A stretch of 63,222 nucleotides of DNA, filler included, from Octopus bimaculoides (taxonomy: Eukaryota), in assembly GCF_001194135.2 (NCBI RefSeq). It is 3 parts of 3 records of this genome, joined end to end, with 100 filler letters (N's around TTAATTAATTAA, not from the genome) between each part and the next. Parts side by side here need not be neighbours in the genome. Positions count along the whole stretch, not along the records: positions 1 to 28,426 come from NC_069007.1; positions 28,527 to 55,696 come from NC_068984.1; 1 more part is not named here. One strand, 5' to 3'. Shown piece after piece: positions 22,281 through 33,600 of this stretch (position 1 is the stretch's first letter; every line of letters starts with the position of its first letter). Below the pieces are notes generated by a model that saw only the letters and a program-made list of their open reading frames with translations, had not been told where the DNA came from and ran no database searches. The translations under genes and the position numbers were made by a program.

Positions 22281-23147
22281 ACACAAGAAAGTCAGTTACT
22301 TGCAATAAGGTGTATATTACGAAGAAAGAGGAACACATAACAATATCACCCAGATAATGATAGTAAAAATGTCACCCACACAAAAGAACTTGTTCTAAAA
22401 GTCTGATCTAAAAGTCTCACACAAACTTAAGCACCGTTAATTTATTAGTAGTAGCAACCTAGTTAGTAGTCGCAACAACCTGTCGGAGTAAACCAACAAG
22501 GAGTGACTAGACATTAACAAAAGATCTAACTACCCAGAAGACAATAAATCTTTGTAAAATGACATATATGAAACGCTTATGCACAGACACACACATCACA
22601 CATGTTCATATAATAATATCAGATGTTTATAAGAGCTGATTGTATTCTGGATGGTTGGAGCTTTTGTTAATATAGAATGGCCTTTATGTTGGGTTTCCTG
22701 ATCACACCACACACACACACACACATCTCCATATGCATGTGTGTATAATACATGAGAGCATACACACATGAATGCATATATATAAATATATATATATGCA
22801 TATATATTGAGAGGTAATATTTATGCCCACTTAAACATGAATGATCTGTTACAACAAATTATACTGCAGTAGCTAACACGAGAGGAACTCTCATATTGGC
22901 TTTCGGTGCAAAATGCACTCTTGTTTAAATTGCTAGCGGGGAGATAAACCTCTGCAACCTCCAACGCTGAGACCACCACATCACGTGTTTTCGACCTTCT
23001 TTGGTTTCATCAATGATGGACACTCAGCTGTTTCTTCTAACAGAACGTTGACATTAAGTAGGGATAAATATTATCTCTCGGTACTTATACTATCTCTGTC
23101 ACTAATATATATAAATACATACATACATATAGTAAAAGAGTAGAGTA

Positions 23148-23326
23148 ATATTCTGTTGTGTCTGGGGAGTCATTTTCTTTTTGTGCCTTATAATTTAACA
23201 CACTCACTGGTAAAATTTCCACTTATTCCTTATTAAAAATAAGGAATAAGTGGAAATTTTACTGGTGAGTGTGTTAAATTATAAGGCACAAAAAGAAAAT
23301 TACTCTCCCCAGACACAACAGAATAT
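23148..23326. repeat. Near-perfect ~87-bp-arm palindrome with 3-nt loop
   Basis: ATATTCTGTTGTGTCTGGGGAG...CCACTTATTCCTTATT-AAA-AATAAGGAATAAGTGG...CTCCCCAGACACAACAGAATAT. Confidence 0.95.
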
Positions 23327-24194
23327 GCTTCAACACACAAACTCACATAAAGAATCTTGCAAACCAAATCTAAAAACAAAATCTAGAGTAATATATAAAT
23401 GTATACATCGCTGATGGTAGGGTTTGAGTGGAGGAAAAATTGGTTGCTGGTCAGTCACCCATGTAAATTCTCACACGTTTGCTTGCTGATTGGTGTTGTT
23501 GCTGTTGTTACTGCTTCTGCTGTTGTTGTTGTCGTCATTGTTTTACCCAAACATCAGTAGACCATAGATCAAGTGCACCTATGATTAAGAAACATTCCAA
23601 CAATGACCATTCCATCTATTTCAGTTTTTTCAAGTACTATGTATCTAAACAACATTATTCAATCTGCCCTACCCTTTTGTTACCATATTTCTGTTGAAAT
23701 GGACTGTTTTTGTTTCAATTAATTTTTAAAATAATGAAGAATTTAGAAAAGTAACTTTCTCATTATTAAGCTGGTATTTGGAACATTGATATGAAATTAA
23801 TATGAAATTTTGATGGAAAGTTTTATTTTAAATCATTTTAAGAAAGTAAGATTTGAGGGAGATTTGGTTGTTATGAAGACACTCGTTCAGTGATTTCATA
23901 GCCTATTATGTAATTGGGTAGTAAGACAGGTGCATCTCCTCCGCCACCTCCACCTCCTCCTTTCTCTTGTTCTTTTCTGACTTGCAGATTACTTGGCAAC
24001 CACACTAGTGCTGGTGCCACTTAAAAAACTACCCGGAACACTTGGTCGATGTTAGGAAGTGCATCCAGCTGTAGAAACCACGCCAAAGCTGACCTGGGTT
24101 TCACTGGATCCTATCAAACCATCAAAACCTCACCAGCATGGTGGTGGTGGGGAGGAGCTATAACTCAAGAATCAGCCATCACAAGAGAATATAC

Positions 24195-24865
24195 CAGAAA
24201 TATATTCATAACATTGATTTCAAATTTGGGCACAAAGCCAGTAAATTTGAGGGGAAGAATTATGTCAATTACATCAACCTCTAGTACTTCACTGGTACTT
24301 ATTTCATTGATTTCCAGGAGGATGAAAGATAAAGTTGACCTCAGGGGAATTTGAACTCAGAACATAAAATTGAACAAAATGCCACTAAGCTAATGATTCT
24401 GCCAGCTCACCACCTTAATAATAATATTAATAATAATAATAATAATAATCCTTTCTACTGGAAACACCAGGCCTCAAATTTGAGGGAAGGCATTAAGTTG
24501 ATTACATCAACCCCAGTGTGTAACTGGTACTAATTTTATCAACCCCTAAAGGATGAAAGGTAAAGTTGACCTCAGCGGAATTTGAACTCAGAACGTAAAG
24601 ACAGAAATACCACTAAGCATTTCGCCTGGTGTGCTAACGATTATTTCTTTACTGCCCACAAGGGGCTACACACAGAGGGGACAAACAAGGACAGACAAAG
24701 GAATTAAGTCAATTACATCGACCCCCAGTGCGCAACTGGTACTTAATTTATCGATCCTGAAAGGATGAAAGGCAAAGTTGACCTAGGTGGAATTTGAACT
24801 TACAACGTAAAGATAGTTGAAATGTTGCGAAGCATTTTTCCCAGTGTGCTAACAATTCCGCCAGC
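24195..24865 (-). mobile_element. Three consecutive Meta-type SINE copies
   Basis: GGATGAAAG--AAAGTTGACCT--G-GGAATTTGAACT at ~24320, 24550 and 24760. Confidence 0.85.
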
Positions 24866-25794
24866 TATATTCATAACTAGTGTATTCATAACTAATGTAA
24901 AAACCGCACTCCATGCGGATCTTTAAGCTAGCTCATGCGGAGAGCTTATTGGGCCTGTGGCCCAAAACTAAAGAGAGCTAAACAGCATGACTACCATACA
25001 TCTATAATGACTATATGCCCTGCTGGTGTTTGATCAGAGGTTAAGGACAGATGAGAATTAATTTTGTAATGCAATCATTCTATTGTTCCAGTCCCAAGTT
25101 GAATTTCAAATGTCGGCCAATTTGTCCCAAAGATCTTATCTCGATGTAAAATTAACCAAGCAAATGTCTCTCCTTTGATTTCTGTCGTCATCTGACAAAC
25201 GCCAATTAAGATGGCATGAATCAACGAAGCTTTACCTGCTAGAAATAGCAACCCAAATGCTTTTACATCAGATCCTAATGCTGGATGTTGCAGAACTAAA
25301 TAAAGGGCAGATATTCAATCCTAGGATCATTCTGATTCCGAAAAGGTATAACATGTCTATGTAGAGTAAATATAGACTGAGATACAGGGGTCCCAGATGG
25401 ACAGACAGAATTCTGCTCTTATTAATATAAATATTACTGTCTCACAATGATAACCAGATTACACCAGAATCTATTCAATAAATAACGTAACCATAATGTT
25501 TACTGTGTCAGGGTAGAAGACGAGGCTGTCATTCTATCATAATAACGGAACTGTGTCAAAACATTTGATATTTACAGGAACACGGACGTGTCTATAGTGA
25601 AAGACAAGAGAAGAATAACAATAGCACACATACATATATGTACATACAAACATATACACAGATACTCACATACATACTCATGCATACATACACACACACA
25701 CGTCTCTTTTCTGAAACTTGCTGGCACATAGTCACATGACACCATTGTTGCAACATTGCTGTGGACGGGTATGGACAACTCTGTGTGTATGTAT

Positions 25795-26230
25795 ATGCGT
25801 ATGTATCTATACTAGCATGTATGTATATATGTATGTGTATGACATTGTTGCAATGTATCAGATAAAGGTGCTGTTTGTTGACCTTTTAAAATTATACATA
25901 TATGTATGTGTATGTATGTATGGATGGATGTGTATGTATACATGCATGTATGAGAGTATGGATGTATGTGTATGTATGCATGCATGCATGTATGTGTGTA
26001 TGGATGTATGTATATGTATGTATGCAAGATTGTATGAATGTGTGTGTGTATGTATGCACGTATATATTAGTGTTTGGATGTATGTATGTGTATGAAAGCA
26101 TGCATGTATGTGTTGTGTATGTATGTATGTATGTATGTATGTATGTATGTATGTGTGTGTGTGTGTGTATGAACGTATGTATGTATGTGTATATATGCAT
26201 GTATGTGTATATATGCATGTATGTATGTAA
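25795..26230. repeat. Compound (TATG/TG) microsatellite
   Basis: Direct reading; source of spurious MYVC/HTYI ORFs. Confidence 0.95.
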
Positions 26231-26231
26231 T

Positions 26232-26470
26232 CCTCGTTTTCATGTCCCCTTTTCCATGCTTGCACTGGTCAGAGTCCATTGAGGTAGATTTTCTATGGCT
26301 GAGTGCCCTTCCAGTCACCAACCCTCACTTGTTTCCAGACACGGTATTATTTCCACATAGCCTGAGATATTTTCATGTGGAAAACTGGAAATGAATGACA
26401 TCACCTACATTACAGTGACACGTGTTTACAATTATCACACCATGTCAAAACTAGAAGACATAAACACACA
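26232..26470 (-). mobile_element. Diverged (ATG)n-tail/Ceph-like SINE fragment
   Basis: TTTCCATGCTTGCA..TTTCTATGGCTGAGTGCCCTTCCAGTCACCAACC. Confidence 0.6.
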
Positions 26471-26744
26471 CATACACACACTTATGTACACCCAAACATA
26501 CATACACATTTATATATGTATGTATGCACGCTCACATATATATATATATATCTGTTTATATGTATTTCCTGCAGATTAAATGATCATGGCTTTATTGGAG
26601 CAGATGAAGAGGGGTTTTCCATTGCATGGATTGTTTCGTTGTCTCTGGGTTGAAATGATGAGCTCAACAATCCTCCAGAGTTAGAAAACCAGCTGGACCT
26701 GCTTTCAACTTATATATATATAACTCTTTTTTTTTTATAATTCT

Positions 26745-27130
26745 TTTTACTTGTTTCAGTCATTTGACTGTGGCCATGCTGGAGCACCGCCTTTTAGTCG
26801 AGCAAATCGACCCCAGGACTTATTCTTTGCAAGCCTAGTACTTATTCTATCGGTCTCTTTTGCCGAGCCGCTAAATTACGGGTACGTAAACACACCACAA
26901 TCGGTTGTCAAGCGATGTTATGGGGACAAACACAGACACACAAACATATACACACAAATACATATATACAACAGGCTTCATTCAGTTTCTGTCTACCAAA
27001 TCCACTCACAAGGCTTTGGTCGGCCCAAGACTATAGTAGAAGACACTTGCCCAAGGTGCCATGCAGTGAGACTGAACCCGGAACCATGTGGTTCGTAAGC
27101 AAGCTACTTACCACACAGCCACTCCTACGC
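26745..27130 (-). mobile_element. Dominant SINE, near full length
   Basis: All diagnostic blocks present. Confidence 0.9.
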
Positions 27131-27221
27131 CTTTATGTGTGTGTGTATATATATATATATAATTATAATTGAAGAAATTAGAGTCAAGAAGAAAGAGTAC
27201 GGTTGGACATTTATTTATTAT

Positions 27222-27325
27222 TCACTACAATTATTTCAACGCATCATAGTTCTCCAAGAATACAGGTGTTTGATTATGCAATTGTTTGTTTGCATAATGA
27301 GATCTAGTTGTGTTTCCTCAGGCGA
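27222..27325 (-). ncRNA. Type I hammerhead-like motif with long helix II insert
   Basis: TCGC-CTGAGGA-AACACA..~70 nt..TGCGTT-GAAAT-AATT-GTA^GTGA. Confidence 0.6.
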
Positions 27326-27484
27326 TATATGAGTGTTGTCTCTGTTAGTTTAAACTCATCAACTTCAATGATCTCGCAGCACACAACATAGGTTTATCAG
27401 CCACTACTAAATTCAAATCACAATGAACAGAGAAGATGGCCTTGAAGTCGACGACCTTAAACTAATGGAGACAACACTTGTATA

Positions 27485-27588
27485 TCACCTGAGGAAACAC
27501 AGCTAGATCTCATTATGCAAACAAACAGTTGCATAATCAAATACCTGTATTCTTTGAGAACTACACTGTGTCAAAGCAACTGTAGTGA
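27485..27588 (+). ncRNA. Decayed type I hammerhead-like motif with long helix II insert
   Basis: TCAC-CTGAGGA-AACACAG..CTGTGTC-AAAGC-AACT-GTA^GTGA. Confidence 0.5.
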
Positions 27589-28029
27589 ATAATAAATAAA
27601 TATCCAGCCATACTCCTTCTTCTTGACTCCAATTTCTTCAATTTTATATTCACACACAATGAATACCCAAATTTAAACTTGGAAGTTTAAAACTACTGAT
27701 AGTACTGGGTAATTCTGAAGGTGGACAAGTTTTGTACTCTACCACATTCCTAATGGAATATAATATAACTACATATATATATGTGTGTGTGTGTGTGTGT
27801 GTAGTTTAAGAAGACTCTACCAACAGTCTACTACTGTCATACCACTCCCGTCTTTTTCTTTCTCTTCTTTTCCTACACCCTCTTCTTCTTCACCATCTCC
27901 TTCCTCAGCTACTGCTGCGTAAACAATCAAAATCCAGAACCAACATCCCTCATATTAAATATTTCTTCAGATCTGCTACTACCTACCCATCAAGCCTTCA
28001 TAAAAGTAAAAGAGAGAGAGAGAGAGAAA

Positions 28030-28340
28030 GGAAAATGTCATTTCGAGCGAGGGCGTTGCCAGTGCCGCTGGACTGACTCCTGTGCAGGTAACACGTAAAA
28101 ACACCATTTGAGCATGGCCATTGCCAGTACCACCTGACTGGCCCTCGTGCTGGTGGTACGTAAAAGCACCCACTACACTCAGAGTGGTTGGCATTAGGAA
28201 GGGCATCCAGCTGTAGAAACTCTGCCAAATCAGATTGGAGCCTGGTGCAGCCATCTGGCTCGCCAGTCCCCAGTCAAACTGTCCAACCCATGCCAGCATG
28301 GAAAGCAGACGTTAAATGAGGATGATGATGATGATGATGT
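28030..28340 (+). mobile_element. (GAT)n-tailed SINE (RTE-type tail, Ceph-like core), 5'-truncated
   Basis: GTGGTTGGCATTAGGAAGGGCATCCAGCTGTAGAAAC core; CCCATGCCAGCATGGAAAGCAGACGTTAAA(TGA)n tail; same family as 20333-20672. Confidence 0.85.
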
Positions 28341-28526
28341 CCCTTGTACTTGAAAACTATGCTAATATTTTAAAGAAACATTTCATTTAATTTTTCCACA
28401 ATTCAATTGCTTTTCATACATTACTCNNNNNNNNNNNNNNNNNNNNNNNNNNNNNNNNNNNNNNNNNNNNTTAATTAATTAANNNNNNNNNNNNNNNNNN
28501 NNNNNNNNNNNNNNNNNNNNNNNNNN

Positions 28527-28562
<36 letters not shown>

Positions 28563-28610
28563 AGAAGAAGAATAAATGGAGCAAAACGCGTATGATCAAT
28601 AAGTTCCTTT

Positions 28611-28700
28611 AATTCCTACATATGTTTCAAAATTTATGTGCACTCTACTCCAAAGAAGTAAGAGGTGCTGGAAATGCACATAAATTCATCGTCAGGGAAC
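28611..28700 (-). ncRNA. Type I hammerhead with 13-bp helix II and palindromic helix III
   Basis: GTTCC-CTGACGA-T-GAATTTATGTGCA..TGCACATAAATTTT-GAAAC-ATAT-GTA^GGAAT. Confidence 0.75.
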
Positions 28701-29851
28701 CAACTTACAAAAGCAAAACATGCGCTAAATGCTAGGGTTGCGTACTAGTTATAACATTCTATAGCTAAGTAAATGACAGAAACCCTAACGGTCATTTACT
28801 TATATCATATGTGTTTGAGTGTGTATATGTGTATATGCATGTGTGAATGTTTGTGTGGTGCTGGTGAGTGTTATATTTCACGCGTATAAAATCAAGATAT
28901 GTACGAATATAAACGCAAATACATTTATATACATATATACACAGACATATTCGTACAGTGTTGATCATGGCATGAAAATTTCATGAAATTACTTGTTATA
29001 TAGAATTATTCAATGTAACTATCAATAGTGCACTGCCAGATTCGCATCTTTTTTATTAAACATTATGAAAGGCAGTAAGTAACCGTAGACTATATACTCT
29101 TAAACGGTAACTTTTGTTATACAAACACATACACACACATAAACACACACTACCGTAAAAATACACACACACTCCCCCCAATATATATACACTTACTAAC
29201 ATATGTGNNNNNNNNNNNNNNNNNNNNNNNNNNNNNNNNNNNNNNNNNNNNNNNNNNNNNNNNNNNNNNNNNNNNNNNNNNNNNNNNNNNNNNNNNNNNN
29301 NNNNNNNNNNNNNNNNNNNNNNNNNNNNNNNNNNNNNNNNNNNNNNNNNNNNNNNNNNNNNNNNNNNNNNNNNNNNNNNNNNNNNNNNNNNNNNNNNNNN
29401 NNNNNNNNNNNNNNNNNNNNNNNNNNNNNNNNNNNNNNNNNNNNNNNNNNNNNNNNNNNNNNNNNNNNNNNNNNNNNNNNNNNNNNNNNNNNNNNNNNNN
29501 NNNNNNNNNNNNNNNNNNNNNNNNNNNNNNNNNNNNNNNNNNNNNNNNNNNNNNNNNNNNNNNNNNNNNNNNNNNNNNNNNNNNNNNNNNNNNNNNNNNN
29601 NNNNNNNNNNNNNNNNNNNNNNNNNNNNNNNNNNNNNNNNNNNNNNNNNNNNNNNNNNNNNNNNNNNNNNNNNNNNNNNNNNNNNNNNNNNNNNNNNNNN
29701 NNNNNNNNNNNNNNNNNNNNNNNNNNNNNNNNNNNNNNNNNNNNNNNNNNNNNNNNNNNNNNNNNNNNNNNNNNNNNNNNNNNNNNNNNNNNNNNNNNNN
29801 NNNNNNNNNNNNNNNNNNNNNNNNNNNNNNNNNNNNNNNNNNNNNNNNNNN

Positions 29852-29906
<55 letters not shown>

Positions 29907-30380
29907 AATTTCTGTCACTACCGTTTAACATCTTAGTCCTTAACCAGTGAACCAATATTCACGAAACTTTGTATACATGTTACACACACATCCACTTCAA
30001 TAATAGTCTAATTAGATTTCACTAAAAGTATACAATGCCTCCTCAGGGCCTTGATCGAATTATATGATAAAATGAGGAAGTTGCAAAAAGTATTAATCTG
30101 AGGGAAAGGTAGTAACAGAGAGTGAATGACTTGTATCAGTGAAGGTGAGAATTGCTGTGACAAGGGGATAGTAGCATTACTACAACTATCATGTACACGC
30201 GACGCTGCCTGCATACTTTCGTAAATACATAGCTACAACACGCACACACACACACACACATACACACACACACTAAGGGGGTGCTTGAGGAGTACGTAGC
30301 TTTAAAGAGAGAGGTGTAGGTAGCTTTTCTGCTGTCCGTCGCAATGAAACACTTACACAGACAGACACACACACATATAT

Positions 30381-30460
<80 letters not shown>

Positions 30461-30550
30461 ATGTATACATACCTACATAAATACATACATATCTCTACTC
30501 TAGAACATTTTCAACTCGTGATTACCTGTGTGTAAGTTTGTAAATGTATG

Positions 30551-30615
<65 letters not shown>

Positions 30616-33600
30616 ACGTCTTATAACTTTCTGTCCTCTCTAATTTTCTAAGGTTTTCTCTGTTCTTGTCACAAATTGTGAGATTTTAGGATTACATCAA
30701 AATTTACGAATTTGCTATTATTAAAATAATTGTTCACGTTAAAATCTGATTTTGTTGTTTATTTGTTGCAGAAAGTGGTAAAATGTCACTGGGGTTTAAA
30801 TTTTAATCAATTTTACCTAATCAGAAAAGAGGGTTTGGAGGCTGGCATTTTCTGCATGATAGCTGGCATTTTCTGCACGATAGTTGTCTATCACAAAATG
30901 AAAGCAATTTTTATCAAACAAACGAAAGCAAAGTTGTTACAAATTCTGAAGTTTTAATGAATAAAGTCATGTGAAACGGTTGAACAGAAATGTTGAAAAG
31001 TTCGTTGCCAATTCCAGTAAGGTTAACGCATAATGAAAATTATTAGGAGGAACAATTTCTATTAAACAAACGAAAGGAAAGAATTATGACAACCAAAATT
31101 GTAAGAACTTCCGAAGTTTTAACGAATAAAGTAATGTGAAACGGTCGAATAGACATGTTGAAAATTCCAGGATATTTAAGGCATATGATACACAACTGTC
31201 TACGCATGGTCCTTGTTACAATAAATTGGATGGAATTAGTAAAATATCAAAAGAGTACAATTGCATAACTGAACTCCATATATAGAAATAGAACATACAT
31301 GAAATTCATTTTGGAAATATGGAATGAAATAAATGCTTTCAATATTTTCTTTTGCTACATGGTTTTCTTGCAGCATTTAAACTCAGTACTTTCCCCAGGA
31401 GCTTCAGCATACCTGTGAGTGACTTAAAATTAATTTGTTGCATAACTTAACAGTGAATGCTGTATATGATATCTGCATGCGTGACAGCTGTTCTGCTGTT
31501 TATTCGCAAGAGTTCCCCTATCCCTTGTCTCACCTCTACTTTATAGCGTGTTAACCTCATTCCTACTAAATATAGTACTTCCACTAATATATGCCAGAAA
31601 GAATTTCCATATTGTTTGACAAATGCATCGTCCGCTTTTTACATCATCATAATCAATGTGTATACAGATGATTCAGAGAAAGAGCATGCTCATTTGATAT
31701 GCTAGATAGAGCAGATGATATAAATAAGTTAAAGTAAAATCTTGTTTCAAAGCTGAACTCTCAGGTGTAATAATTTTAATATAAGGCGGGATAATCATGT
31801 TGCAATATTTTACTTTATATTAAATACGCTTGCTTATTTGATCGTGGTTGAGTCGAGTTTAAAAAATAACTACAGCAACAGCGCCAACAACGTGCAACAA
31901 CACGCATAGTGAGGTAGATTAGACGGTTTGAAAATAGAACAGCTAACGAGATAAAGTATTTATACAATACGGATATATATTTTCAAATGGTCTAATTTCT
32001 GAATCTACAAAAGTGCAGAAAAAAACATTTAAACACAAATATATTTAATGGGCTCTTTGCAATTCATTTTCCAGTACAGGCAGGTAATTGACATGCTACT
32101 GTAATATGTGACACAGAATAGATCACTTTTTCTGAGGCTCTAATTTATATATTCATGAGTCACTCTACTGATTCCGCCGCCTGGTTTTCAATACACATGG
32201 TGATACTCTACTGGTCAATTCACCTGATTAGATTGGGTTCACAATGTCGTTGACTTTCATACCTGAATACTAATTCATCTGACGTGAGCTCTCGTAAACC
32301 AATTAGGTGTAGAAACTTTTAAAAGGCTTGCGTTTGAGCTGTAAAATTTGGACGCTGTCTTGTTTAATATAAAAGGTGGATTGTTCACATAATTATCATC
32401 GGCTGATACTCACCTATTATAATATGCTACAAGCTGTTTCAGAATCAGTTTCAGAATCTTAGAGAAGTTTCTGAATAAGCTGTATATANNNNNNNNNNNN
32501 NNNNNNNNNNNNNNNNNNNNNNNNNNNNNNNNNNNNNNNNNNNNNNNNNNNNNNNNNNNNNNNNNNNNNNNNNNNNNNNNNNNNNNNNNNNNNNNNNNNN
32601 NNNNNNNNNNNNNNNNNNNNNNNNNNNNNNNNNNNNNNNNNNNNNNNNNNNNNNNNNNNNNNNNNNNNNNNNNNNNNNNNNNNNNNNNNNNNNNNNNNNN
32701 NNNNNNNNNNNNNNNNNNNNNNNNNNNNNNNNNNNNNNNNNNNNNNNNNNNNNNNNNNNNNNNNNNNNNNNNNNNNNNNNNNNNNNNNNNNNNNNNNNNN
32801 NGTTACAGCTAGAATCCATACTTTTATTGTTCCAGCACAAGCTTCTTATATGTGTTAACGTCTTTTAATTTTTTTTTAATTTTGGATATATATTTTTTTT
32901 TGATTTTCTTTGTTTCCTTTTTAATTGTGTGAATGTGTGCGTGTGTGAGTATTTGTATATGTATTTATATATTTCATCTGTATATGTGTGTACGCGTCTA
33001 TATATGTGTATGTGCATACGTATGTATATTAGTGTTTGTGTCCGTAGCATAAGTGCGAGTTTCATGCGCACGTCCCCTTTATTTATACGAACATGCATAT
33101 GTTGGTATATGAGCGGGTGTAGGTATGAGATAGGAGGATGTATATATATNNNNNNNNNNNNNNNNNNNNNNNNNNNNNNNNNNNNNNNNNNNNNNNNNNN
33201 NNNNNNNNNNNNNNNNNNNNNNNNNNNNNNNNNNNNNNNNNNNNNNNNNNNNNNNNNNNNNNNNNNNNNNNNNNNNNNNNNNNNNNNNNNNNNNNNNNNN
33301 NNNNNNNNNNNNNNNNNNNNNNNNNNNNNNNNNNNNNNNNNNNNNNNNNNNNNNNNNNNNNNNNNNNNNNNNNNNNNNNNNNNNNNNNNNNNNNNNNNNN
33401 NNNNNNNNNNNNNNNNNNNNNNNNNNNNNNNNNNNNNNNNNNNNNNNNNNNNNNNNNNNNNNNNNNNNNNNNNNNNNNNNNNNNNNNNNNNNNNNNNNNN
33501 NNNNNNNNNNNNNNNNNNNNNNNNNNNNNNNNNNNNNNNNNNNNNNNNNNNNNNNNNNNNNNNNNNNNNNNNNNNNNNNNNNNNNNNNNNNNNNNNNNNN

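Larger units (their letters stand above)
27161..27650. repeat. ~490-bp palindrome, ~210-bp arms, each arm with a hammerhead-like motif
   Basis: GAAGAAATTAGAGTCAAGAAGAA.. vs ..TTCTTCTTGACTCCAATTTCTTC; motifs at 27222-27325 (-) and 27485-27588 (+). Confidence 0.9.

Noticed and set aside
25718-26321. MYVC/HTYI-rich ORFs in all frames
   Set aside because: Translation of (TATG)n microsatellite
28471-28482. TTAATTAATTAA island inside N-gap (also 55741-55752)
   Set aside because: Identical 12-mer with stops in all six frames centred in two gaps; an assembly spacer, not biology
31911-31930. TGAGGTAG let-7-like seed
   Set aside because: Rest of the mature let-7 sequence and precursor hairpin absent
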